From assembly GCF_002571385.2 (NCBI RefSeq), contig NW_019218176.1, forward strand, positions 1-64,000: a stretch of 64,000 bases of DNA, given 5' to 3'. The translations under genes and the position numbers were made by a program. Below are positions 53,186 through 64,000 of this stretch, piece by piece (position 1 is the stretch's first letter; each line of letters begins with the position of its first letter). The notes under the pieces were generated by a model. It did not search any database, was not told the DNA's origin, and was given only the letters and a program-made list of their open reading frames with translations. Source of the stretch: Stylophora pistillata. Its lineage: Eukaryota.

Positions 53186-55784
53186 GTTCTTGCTGTCCCT
53201 CCAAACGATCCCAAGAGCCTCTAGGGTGGCAAATCGTACCCAGACCGCCGCTCGTTTTGAAAATGGCTAATTGCACAGCTTTTTCGGTAAACTTTGTTCT
53301 TTGGCGGCACTTTTGTTTTCTTTTCGTGGTGTGATAAATTTCAGTTATTCAAACGCTTACACGTGGCGTCGTTTTAGCGTTTGAATAACTTTGTTCGGCT
53401 TACAAATAAAGATCAGCTCTACAAAATGTCAAAAAGGAATCAACGAATTACCAAAGCATCAACACGTTTTCAAGAGGTTAATGGTGAGTGACACCCATTT
53501 TTTTAGCGGTGAAACTTAAAATTTTTTTTTGTTTATTTCGTTCATAGTTGTGAATAATGACCTTATCGAAACTACGAAATAATTGTTTGTAGCAAGACGT
53601 ACTTCAAACGGATAAGCTTAGTTGCTGATACCTTGTTTCCCTATAGACTTTCACCTTGTGAAATTTACTGAGGATGGAATAAAGTGCTTGTACGGTAGAG
53701 GTAAAGTTGAGATTGCCGGTGATAATGTTGAGGCAGGCTCCTTGTGTGACACGTTCTGGGAGGATGCAAATAGCAAAGGGCTGGTTCCCAGCGATAATTC
53801 TCACTTTTCGTGGTATTTTAACTGAATAACCCCTCATTTTTTCTTTTTTATCTCAACAATTCAATTCCTTAAATGGTCCTTTGCCTCTATTTCATGTTTC
53901 AAAGGAAAAGAGTGTTTGATAAAACTACTATGAATTACTTTCTTCTTTGCCAGTAACTAAGCCATCATGATGATACTTTTTTATGAAGTGATAGTCTTTT
54001 GCAGAATTGATTACTACTTCCCTTGCTAACCAAGCTTACACTGTCACTTTGGACCGTGTCTTTCATCATTTTGATTGACTGATTATAGTTAGGGAAGGGG
54101 TCTATTCTAAGTGGTGATCTCATCAATCTCTGGCAATCTAGGTACAGTGTGCAAGGTCAAACAAACTACTGTACTCTCCTTGGTTGAAATTTTTGTTAGT
54201 ATTTTAGATTATGAAACTCCATGTTACCAACATAATCAACTGTCGCGCTGTTTGTTGGTAATCCACAATTTCAATCATTTAAGAACTTACTTGAACATTT
54301 GTCTTTTCATTGCTTCCTAGGTTTTGTTCTGGATGAGAAAAATTATAGAAAACAGGCTGCCACAGTTGTAAATAAAACCTTGCAAGATAAGTGCTGTGGA
54401 GCTTGTAGAGGAGTTTAAAAGAAAAAAAACCAAAAACAAATTGAAAACCGCTAGAACTTTAGCACAATTTTATGATTATTCCTGTACTTTTAAATTATTT
54501 TTTAGGTTTTATATGTTCTTGTTGATTAGAAGAGAAATAAAAATTGCATACTTACTTAATTTATATCAATAAACTATGTTAAGTAGATAACATTGAAATG
54601 TCTTATTCACTTGTTCTTAATCAATGAACTATATACACTGGTACCCTATGCCACCCCTGATAGTCTCCCCTTATGGCCACAGTAGGGATCCACAGATAGC
54701 TAACATATCTGTAGTAGCAGATATTTCCACAGATATGTAAATACTGTTGGTTTTTCATATCTGTTACGTATCTGTCACAGTTAGAAATTTTGGGCCAAAT
54801 TCCTATATGTTACAGATATGTTACAGATAGGTCATGAAGATATTTCACAGATATGCTGCAGACCTGAAGAACATATTTGTAGCCTCTCTGCCCGTTTGGT
54901 GAGGGATGTACTTTAGTGACCCATTTACCAAAATCAGTCGAGAAAAATTTGGCTTACTAAGCTTTGTTAAGTTTTTGGCACAAACTATGCCCTTCTAAGG
55001 CATAGCAAATTGGGATTTTGAGCACAATCCCTGCTATAAACAGACCAAAGTCTTGACATAACGCCTTTATTTTGTATTTGGTGAGTTAAAATGAAACATT
55101 TAACCCAAATCAATGTCATTATCTAGAAATACCTCGTCTCGTAGCTGATAATTACTCTAAGAAGGCCTCTGCATGATTAGCACTGCAAACACCCAGCGGT
55201 TTAGCGAAATGAAGGTAATTTTTTTCCTATGAAAACCTTGTACTCATCATAGAGCACAAATGATGATGTTCTAACCTAGATAAGGCAATATTTTTTAAAG
55301 ATGATTGAATTTTCTCTGATCTATGTTTGTTAACCATATTTCCATACATAACTAAGCATGCAAAGTGTCTATATTTTGTCAGGCCGCTTTTTAATTTAAA
55401 ATAAACTGACCTTAACCCAGCCTTAACCTTTAAGCTCAGAATAAAACGATCGTCAAAAGATGATCTACGCCTGACCTTTGAATAGACTGAATAGCTCTCG
55501 CAAATAACCATCACTCCCTCAGCATGACTTTAAGCTGACGTGCCGCAGTCACCACCTTCCAGGTGACTTGTGATCCATCAGAGATCTTAGGTATTTGAAA
55601 ACCAAATAAATGGAAGCATCCGACACAGAGGAAACCCACAGTCAGAAGAGCTGGATGACAAAAAATTACTGTTGCTGTTAAAATGAAATATTCCACACGA
55701 GACATGAGATGATGCCAATAGAGCCCGCCATTTTGGACGTGAGAGTATTAGGACCGGACCGAGTTTCCATTCCTCCCTTTATTC

Positions 55785-56660
55785 TATGGGTATCCATCCT
55801 CGCCAAAATTCAAACTTGTTGTTCAAACATTGAATTCGTCACTTCAAACATTGAATTCGTCACTTCAAACATTGAATTCGTTACTTCAAACGATGATTTC
55901 GTCACTTCAAACATTCAATTCGTCACTTCAAACATTCAGTTCGTCACTTCAAACATTCAATTCGTCACTTCAAACATTCAATTCATCACTTCAAACACTC
56001 AATTCGGCAATTCAAACGTCCCATTCGGCGATTCAAAGATTCAATCGTCCTATTCGGCAATTCAAAGATTCGATTTGTCAATCAAACGTTCACTTCGTCA
56101 TTTCAGAAATTCGATTCGTCAATTCCAACATTCATTTCGACAATTCGAGGGTCTTCGTTTTCGTACTGTTGTATCTTAGGAAATTCAAGGACGAAATTAT
56201 AAACAAACCAGCGATGAACATGAACATTTCAAGATCTTTTTATTCCTGTTCTTTTCTGCGCAGGCGCATCAATGTACACGTAACACAGCTATGACGTAAC
56301 TTAATATAATGTAACACAAGTATAACAAAACAAGGTCACGATATAACGGTACCAACCAACTTTAAATGTCGAGAGTGGATGTCGAAAGTGAATGTCGAAA
56401 CTTTGAACATCGAGAGTGAATGTCAAAATTGCCATTTCAACCGGCGAATTGTCCAATTGAATGTTGGAATTGACAAATCGAATGTCTGAAATGACGAAGT
56501 GAATGATAGACTGACAAATTGAATCTCTGAATTGCCGAATAGGATGTTTGAATCTTTGAATTGCCGAATGGGACGTTTGAATTGCCGAATTAAGTGTTTG
56601 AAGTGACGAATTGAATGTTTGAACAACAAGTTTGAATCTTGGCGGGGATGGATACCCATA
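55785..56660. mobile_element. Non-autonomous IS3EU-like element (TATGG...CCATA) with 21-bp internal tandem repeats
   Basis: TIR TATGGGTATCCATCC(T/C)CGCCAA(A/G)ATTCAAACTTGTTGTTCAAACATT. 6-bp flanks TTATTC / TCATTC differ by one base. About 8 copies of TTCAAACATTCAATTCGTCAC at 55822-56000, with inverted copies at the right end. Confidence 0.7.
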
Positions 56661-56835
56661 TCATTCAAATGTAAATGTTCTTGTTCTTATCAGGATGGGC
56701 TCCTGTCCTTATCAAGTATTAAAAGTATAAAAATAAGTTTCAGGATAATTTTACGATGGCACTTGCTTCCTTTAGAGAGGTAAATGATCAGTGCGGTGCC
56801 GCGTCATGGGCTGTGCACGAAACGGCATGTACTAA

Positions 56836-56960
56836 CACCGGAACACCCTGGAACACCAGAACACCGGAACATCCCGAAACCCCGGAACACCCCGGAACAC
56901 CCCGGAACACCCCTGAACACCGGAACACCCCGGAACACCCCGGAACACCAGAACAGGCGA
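56836..56960 (+). repeat. CCGGAACAC(C) short tandem repeat followed by a 15-bp-stem hairpin at 57036-57069
   Basis: Repeated GGAACACC units; ATGTAATTTGTTTAC-CCAC-GTAAACAAATTACAT. Confidence 0.75.
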
Positions 56961-58245
56961 AACATACCTGAACACCGAATTTGACGGTGTTGTTGTTTTT
57001 TTTCCATTACAGATCATGTAAAAAATAAAATGTAAATGTAATTTGTTTACCCACGTAAACAAATTACATCTGTTTACGTGGGTAAAAAATTGCTTTTAAA
57101 TTGCTTTTTTAGTGCCACTCTTGCTAAGAATGGTCCTCTCAACTTCTCGTCGAAAACAAAATTTCCTTAATTTTTTCCCTATGAAAAGGGTTTAGGACAC
57201 ATGTTTCAAAGATAGTTTGAAGGTTTTTCAATTCTCTTTTGAATGAAGATTTCAACTTTCGCGAACTCTCTGCCAAGGAAAGATTAGCCAAGGTGTTGCA
57301 AAAGCAAAAACTCAGTCAACTACAGTCATTGTGCGAGTTTTTTTGACGTTAAAATTATAGTTAGTACTAATCGTAAGGCATCGTATCGTGAACCTCTTCT
57401 ACAGTAAGCAAATTCCTGTGATAGCCGCAAGTGATGGTCCAGAAACCCCCGTCACTCAAAACTCAGTGGATGTTGCGTGACTCCTCGACTTGGTCCAGTC
57501 CTCTCATTTTCACGTCCAATATGGTGGGTCAGTCGATACAATAATAATCACATCTCGAGGTGTTGCATGGCATGTGTCATATGAACTGCAAAACAAAGTA
57601 TTTGTTATCCAGCTCTCCTAACTGTGGATTTCTTATTTACTGCCGGATGATTTGATTTATTCAGCTCTAACGTTCTAGAAAAATCGGATGGATCACAACT
57701 CACCTGGATGCTACTCACTACAAACTGTATGTATCATCCTGCTCTTTCACTGATGCCATCATGCGTATTTAAAAGAGCTAGCAAGGCCATCAAAAGTTTA
57801 ACCATAGATCTTCTGTCAACGGTCGTTTTCGTTGAGCTCACTTCATATTGCATCAAGAAATGGGCCTGACAAAATATAAAGACTTTGTATGCTTGTGAGT
57901 ATAGTATCATGACCTGGAAATATAAATCAGAGGAAATTCAAGCATCTTTTAAAAAATATTGCCATATCTAGGCCAGAACATCATCATTTCTGCTCTATGA
58001 TGGGTACTAGGTTTTCAAAGAAAAAAAGGTACCTTTATTTTGCTAAACTGTTAATAGCAAAACCATAAGACCCCAGCTTGTTCTGTTTTCTTGCCAGATC
58101 TTAAATTTATTAATGTAGTTGTAATTTGTCTAGAATTTTGAATCTCTTGCTCTGTAAATCTATTATTATTTTATAATATACTTATTAAACACTGCCCGCC
58201 TCGAATAGCCTTTGCTAACTACAGGCAGTGCATATTTTTTTGCAG

Positions 58246-58300
<55 letters not shown>

Positions 58301-58317
58301 GTAATGATAATAATAAT

Positions 58318-58985
58318 GAAAACTTTATTTGTGTTTTCAAATATACAATTGTAAATGTCACTACGTATAGGCAATTTACAAATGCTGCTTGAGATTGGCT
58401 TATTCAATACACACACAACTGAAATCAAAATTGCATCAAATCTGGGTTGTCCCAATTCCTATTTCTGTAACAAAAGATGTAACATGTTGCTCTAATTGCT
58501 ATATTTATCATTTTCTTGATTATGTAAAGTTGCTGCTTTTGGGCAATGCCTATGTCATTCATCATGCCTAAGAACGTAGAGCATTTATCTGAGAAAATGC
58601 CAAGGGAGCTCATGTAGAGATTTACAAATTTCACACATCTGAAAGTTCTACTCATTTCGTTAATCAAGTTCTGATATTTTTCTTTTTTACGTACTGCATT
58701 GTTGTACAAGTTAGATTTGAAACCAACCGTTAATTCTAGAACATATAGGCACTTGGACTGGGCTAGGAAAAGAAGATCTGGGTGATAATTTTCACCAGTT
58801 ATTATTGAGGGATTTAGAAAACCAATAACATCTGCATAGATTGAGGAGCTAACATTAATTACAGGTTGAAGGGACTTGGTAATGAAGTTAAGGATTGAGT
58901 CGTGTCTCCAGGTAAAGCGATCAACGCATTGTTGACAACCAGTGACAACATGAAGGAGTGACTCAGGATTGAGGCAAAGGGACAA
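58318..58985 (-). mobile_element. 5'-truncated restriction-like-endonuclease non-LTR retrotransposon (R4/Dong-like) inserted in a (TAA)n microsatellite
   Basis: ORF 58425-58985 has a CCHC knuckle (LCLNPESLLHVVTGC), then RHDSIL, HPDLL, VLELTV and RKKEKY, i.e. RLE motifs. (TAA)n tracts flank both sides (58247-58317, 58985-59048). Confidence 0.75.
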
Positions 58986-58995
58986 TAGTAATAAA

Positions 58996-59049
<54 letters not shown>

Positions 59050-59258
59050 CTTGTAAACTTGTGTTTGTAGTTCTAATCACTGATAGGCCTTCTTAGAGTA
59101 ATTATATGCTATGAGTCGAGGTGTTTCTAGATAAAGACTGCTTTGGCTTTAATGTTTCATTTTAACTCACCAAATACAAAATAAAGGTTTTATGTCAAGA
59201 CTTTGTCAAGACTTTTATATCAAGACTTTGTCAATTTGTTATGCCTTAGAGGGGCATG

Positions 59259-59436
59259 CAATGCTTTCAATAAGACCCGGCACCCGCCGGAGCACCGGCG
59301 GGTATTCTGTTGTGAATCGCCCAGTATATTTCACCGCGCTCAAGTCACAGTCACCACACTAAGTCTCAATCAAGTCTCTTTCCGGCGGGTGTTGTACCGA
59401 GGTAGCCACCTATTTCAAATCTTATTGAAAGCATTG
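59259..59436. mobile_element. 178-bp MITE with perfect 17-bp TIRs (CA...TG)
   Basis: CAATGCTTTCAATAAGA / TCTTATTGAAAGCATTG with GGCATG duplicated on both sides; absent from the left host arm. Confidence 0.8.
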
Positions 59437-59681
59437 GGCATGGAGAGTTTGTGCCAAAAACTTAACAAACCTTAGTAAGCAAAATTTTTCTTGACTGATT
59501 TTGATAAATGGGTCTCTAAAGTACATACTGGATTTGGTATGAAAGTAATGCAAGAAGGCAGGTAAATGTTACGGTTTTTTGAAAAATGACAATTTTGGGT
59601 AGTGATTTTGACCTCAAATTTGACCTAACTTTAGCCCCAGGCCCCTTTCTGTCGAATCACTTGAGAACAAAGTTACATTTA

Positions 59682-62262
59682 TGAATTAAAAGCTCCACTA
59701 TATTAGAGTCTATGGTCAAATTCATTTGGAAGCACAATTTTCCAATGGAGTTTTATAGCACTTTCAAATTGCCACCTTGAAGGATGAAGTTTTGGTGCTC
59801 CATAGGCCACAATTATGGGACTCCCCCTGAAACTCCAGAACAAACAGTCAAAGAAGTGAGCCAAACAGGCTTTTGAAATATCTTATCACACTCAACTTTT
59901 GTGCCAAGTTTCAGCCAAATCGGTTGACCACCACTTTGGGCTCCTGGAACACTTTCTCAGACAGGGACACTTAAGATTTTGGATGTGATGTTCCACCAAT
60001 GAGCTACATCAAAATCAATAGTGAATTCTTGCATACTGCTTTGATGAGTGAAAGTGTCACGTAAGGAAATAGACTAAAGGCAATTTTTTTTTTATCAATA
60101 GCTTGATGTATTGCTATAGCCAGACAAGTTACGTAGCCTTTACCATGAAAGAAAATCATGATAATGATATATGATAATGATAATGAAAAGAAAAAACGGA
60201 AAAGGAAGGTATTTGAGCTGTAAATAATAATGACAGCAACTAATAAATGTAACAATGTCCACATGATTATCTGAGAAGACCTGATCCTACCAAATTCTAT
60301 CCTTAAAGAAGTATTATCAATTATTATAACTACATCCACATGATAAAGAGCTCTTGAACATTTGAAGACACTTACCACCTGTTTTGTGCACAAGCATCCA
60401 AATGAAAAGGAAAAAGATGAAATTAAATTGAAAAAATAATAACTATCATAATGATAAAAACAACCATTTCTTAAGATATTATTACTAGGTATCATATTGA
60501 ATTAAGAGCTCCACTATATTAGAGTCCATGGTCAGATTCATTTGGAAGCACAATTTTCCAATGGAGTTTTATAGCACTTTCAAATTGCCACCTAGAAGGA
60601 TGAAGTTTTGGTGCTCCATAGGCCACAATTATGGGACTCCCCCTGAAACTCCAGAACAAACAGTCAAAGAAGTGAGCCAAACAGGCTTTTGAAATATCTT
60701 ATCACACTCAACTTTTGTGCCAAGTTTCAGCCAAATCGGTTGACCACCACTTTGGGCTCCTGGAACACTTTCTCAGACAGGGACACTTAAGATTTTGGAT
60801 GTGATGTTCCACCAATGAGCTACATCAAAATCAATTGTGAATTCCTGCATACTGCTTTGATGAGTGAAAGTGTCACGTAAGGAAATAGACTAAAGGCAAT
60901 TTTTTTTTTTTATCAATAGGTTGATGTATTGCTATAGCCAGACAAGTTACGTAGCCTTTACCATGAAAGAAAATCATGATAATGATATATGATAATGATA
61001 ATGAAAAGAAAAAACGGAAAAGGAAGGTATTTGAGCTGTAAATAATAATGACAGCAACTAATAAATGTAACAATGTCCACATGATTATATGAGAAGACCT
61101 GATNNNNNNNNNNNNNNNNNNNNNNNNNNNNNNNNNNNNNNNNNNNNNNNNNNNNNNNNNNNNNNNNNNNNNNNNNNNNNNNNNNNNNNNNNNNNNNNNN
61201 NNNNNNNNNNNNNNNNNNNNNNNNNNNNNNNNNNNNNNNNNNNNNNNNNNNNNNNNNNNNNNNNNNNNNNNNNNNNNNNNNNNNNNNNNNNNNNNNNNNN
61301 NNNNNNNNNNNNNNNNNNNNNNNNNNNNNNNNNNNNNNNNNNNNNNNNNNNNNNNNNNNNNNNNNNNNNNNNNNNNNNNNNNNNNNNNNNNNNNNNNNNN
61401 NNNNNNNNNNNNNNNNNNNNNNNNNNNNNNNNNNNNNNNNNNNNNNNNNNNNNNNNNNNNNNNNNNNNNNNNNNNNNNNNNNNNNNNNNNNNNNNNNNNN
61501 NNNNNNNNNNNNNNNNNNNNNNNNNNNNNNNNNNNNNNNNNNNNNNNNNNNNNNNNNNNNNNNNNNNNNNNNNNNNNNNNNNNNNNNNNNNNNNNNNNNN
61601 NNNNNNNNNNNNNNNNNNNNNNNNNNNNNGGCTTTTGAAATATCTTATCACACTCAACTTTTGTGCCAAGTTTCAGCCAAATCGGTTGACCACCACTTTG
61701 GGCTCCTGGAACACTTTCTCAGACAGGGACACTTAAGATTTTGGATGTGATGTTCCACCAATGAGCTACATCAAAATCAATAGTGAATTCTTGCATACTG
61801 CTTTGATGAGTGAAAGTGTCACGTAAGGAAATAGACTAAAGGCAATTTTTTTTTTTTATCAATAGGTTGATGTATTGCTATAGCCAGACAAGTTACGTAG
61901 CCTTTACCATGAAAGAAAATCATGATAATGATATATGATAATGATAATGAAAAGAAAAAACGGAAAAGGAAGGTATTTGAGCTGTAAATAATAATGACAG
62001 CAACTAATAAATGTAACAATGTCCACATGATTATATGAGAAGACCTGATCCTACCAAATTCGATCCTTAAAGAAGTATTATCAATTATTATAACTACATC
62101 CACATGATAAAGAGCTCTTGAACACTTGAAGACACTTACCACCTGTTTTGTGCACAAGCATCCAAATGAAAAAGAAAAAGATGAAATTAAATTGAAAAAA
62201 TAATAAATATCATAATGATAAAAACAACCATTTCTTAAGATATTATTACTGGGTATCATATT
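59682..62262. repeat. Near-identical ~816-bp tandem duplication (at least 3 copies, gap-interrupted) of the foldback right end plus flank
   Basis: GGGACACTTAAGATTTTGG recurs with TTAA at 59971, 60787 and 61733; the junction is at ~60497-60503. Confidence 0.8.
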
Positions 62263-62399
62263 GGGTCAAAATTGGGTCAAGATCAGTATTGTATTGTTAC
62301 ACTCACTTGCTCATCTCGACAACATAATTATCTGGCTTTGCCCTCTATAAGAGGCAGTCACCACAAACATTTACTGACTTGAATACCAGCATTGTTAAA

Positions 62400-63170
62400 A
62401 CCCAGGCACATAACTTGGCTTAAGGGTGTGTTGTCTACCACAACCCCATATTCACAATTATTATGACTACAGAAAATGTTTTTGTGGGATATGACATATT
62501 TGTGACGCCCCAACCTGAGTCAAACTTACAGCTGCGATCTTCAATAGATGCTTTAGCACTGAACCACAATGCAAATAAACACAGTTAAAATGGAGACTGA
62601 TCAAGAAAAATGTTCCTTTTCCTTTGTAACCAGCCAGGAGGAGACAAAAAAGTCTTATTTCCCCAAAATATGAGCTTCAGAGCTTAAGATTTGTTATGTG
62701 ATGTTCTGCCATTGAGCTACATCAAAATCATTGGTGAATTTCTGCACTTTGATGAGTGAAAGCATCACATAAGGAAATAGACTAAAGGTAACTATTTTTT
62801 TTGTCAATAGTTTGATGTATTGCTATAGCCAGAAAAGTTATGTAGGCTTTACCATGAAAAAAAAAATCATAATATATGATAATGATAATGAAAGAGCAAA
62901 AATGGGAAAGGAAGTTGTTTGAGCTGTAAACTAATACTGACAGCACTTAATAATGTCCACATGATTAAGTGAGAAGACCTAATCCTACCAAATTCAATCA
63001 TTAAAGAAGTATTATCAATAACTAGTCATCCACATGATAAAGAGCCCTTGAACATTTGAAGACACTTAACATCTGTTTTGTGAAGTGAAGCATCCAATTG
63101 AAAAGGAAACAGATGAAATTAAATTAAATAAACAATAATTATCATAATGATAAAAAGAATCATTTTTTAA
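62400..63170. repeat. Older diverged paralog of the foldback's flanks, carrying the empty insertion site
   Basis: 62401-62683 aligns with 48118-48397, and 62688-63170 aligns with 59975-60480. The two halves are joined by one TTAA. Confidence 0.85.
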
Positions 63171-64000
63171 TCAATTAGTTCTTATATAAGACATTCTTGA
63201 AGAGTCATAATTATTTGAATGTAATTTACACTATTTTAATAACAGTATTTCTATCTGTATCTCCGCTATCTGTATTGGTTCTCATCAGCGCGATTTATTC
63301 AGGATTAGCTCCTTTTTTGTTCTAAATCGCATCTTTTTCTCAGAGAAAATGAAAGCTTTACTAAAACATATGAAAACCAAATGAATTAAACTTCAGGGGC
63401 TTGTTTAAGGCAACCAATCAAATGGCAGGAAAATAAAAGACAACTTTTGCAACTTTTACTTAAATCAGCTCAGTACTAAACACAAACAATAGTTCTATAG
63501 CCCAAAAGTTCCTTTATTTGAGCAACTGAATTTTGCAAACCCAAAATTAATCGGATATAAAAAGTGGCAACTGTTTCTGTAGTTTTGGTTTGAAATCATA
63601 CTTGAATCTCCCTAAAAGCCATAATTGAAAGTTATAATTATTAATTTGTCAAAGCTCAGATTCCCTAATAAAAGGACTTTCCCACTGAGTTTATTAAAAA
63701 AAAAAATTCAAATAAAATAAGGATCAGAGGCATCATTTGGCCCTTAACTGACATATTTTTGTTTATCCTCTTAAAAAGAAACAGGCCACATTATTATTAA
63801 CAGTTAGGCCAAGTATGAAGATACTCAATCTGATTTGTTCCGCAAAATCCACATGAAAAGTAAAAAAAGTAAAGTTATTTATAGAAGGAGAAATTTGTTT
63901 TAAAGCTAATTTTATTCACTTTCAGATAGAAAAGTTACCAGATTCCCTGACAGAGATCTTCCTAAATGAAAAAAAAAACATTAATATGGCAGAGGAATCA

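Larger units (their letters stand above)
49915..53269. mobile_element. ISL2EU (PIF/Harbinger-related) transposon, 3355 bp, 78-bp TIRs
   Basis: TIR 49915-49992 vs 53192-53269 has 2 mismatches. The flanks fit an AT TSD (AATT or TA cannot be excluded). It encodes a THAP-DDE transposase and a YqaJ-type exonuclease in convergent orientation, the known ISL2EU gene pair. Confidence 0.85.
48848..54905. mobile_element. 6-kb CCC...GGG DNA transposon with a 2-bp AT TSD and subterminal CAGATAT/ATATCTG repeats (EnSpm/CACTA-like)
   Basis: AT|CCCTTACCGAATGGACAGA ... TCTGCCCGTTTGGTGAGGG|AT. The opposite host arm retains the empty site CCAGT-AT-GTAC. CAGATAT motifs cluster at 48860-49030 and 54690-54880. Confidence 0.75.
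48402..59971. mobile_element. Large Kolobok-like foldback element (TTAA TSD, ~1.3-kb inverted arms) inflated by nested insertions
   Basis: TTAA|AGTGTCCCTGTCTGA ... TCAGACAGGGACAC|TTAA (the right end is one T short of a full CT+TTAA). Left arm 48402-48847 plus 54908-55765 is the reverse complement of right arm 57487-58050, 59060-59258 and 59443-59971. A paralogous empty site has a single TTAA at 62684-62687. Confidence 0.85.

Noticed and set aside
55709-56294. ORFs with heptad repeats (TSNIEFV / LQTFNSS) and a regularly spaced array resembling CRISPR
   Set aside because: These are translations of a 21-bp tandem repeat inside a MITE. There are no unique spacers and the context is eukaryotic.
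56756-57062. Pro/Thr/Glu-rich ORFs on both strands
   Set aside because: Products of the GGAACACC tandem repeat.
60004-62259. Repeated hydrophobic 146-163 aa ORFs
   Set aside because: AT-rich intronic duplicate. The frame is not preserved in the older paralog at 62700-63170, and no domain motifs are present.
62301-62400. Possible upstream RTK exon (GTGAGT donor on the minus strand)
   Set aside because: Stops in all frames I checked, and no signal peptide or domain signature.

Overview
Eukaryotic, AT-rich, intron-rich genomic DNA with several N gaps. The gene and repeat content suggests an anthozoan or stony coral (inference). 1-13 kb is a + strand birth-and-death cluster of single-exon rhodopsin-class GPCRs: one intact copy (7709-8656), one internally deleted copy and three pseudogenes. 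15-19 kb is a decayed coadhesin-like vWA-TSP1-vWA gene split by a 929-bp foldback transposon. 20-24 kb holds GACAGT-rich repeats and LINE debris. 25.6-48 kb (- strand) is an apparently intact multi-exon receptor tyrosine kinase. I reconstructed it exon by exon as at least 2xTSP1-2xSRCR-8xIg-TM-kinase, with a visible internal exon-block duplication and an ITSM-like tail motif; its first exon was not found. 48.4-60 kb is a nest of transposons. The host is a TTAA-flanked Kolobok-like foldback with ~1.3-kb inverted arms. It contains a 6-kb CCC...GGG element, which contains a 3.35-kb ISL2EU element (intact THAP-DDE transposase plus SAP/SWIM/YqaJ gene). It also carries IS3EU-like, Dong/R4-like and MITE insertions. 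A paralogous empty site at 62684 confirms the host's insertion point. All family assignments come from motif and terminus recognition by eye; no database searches were run.
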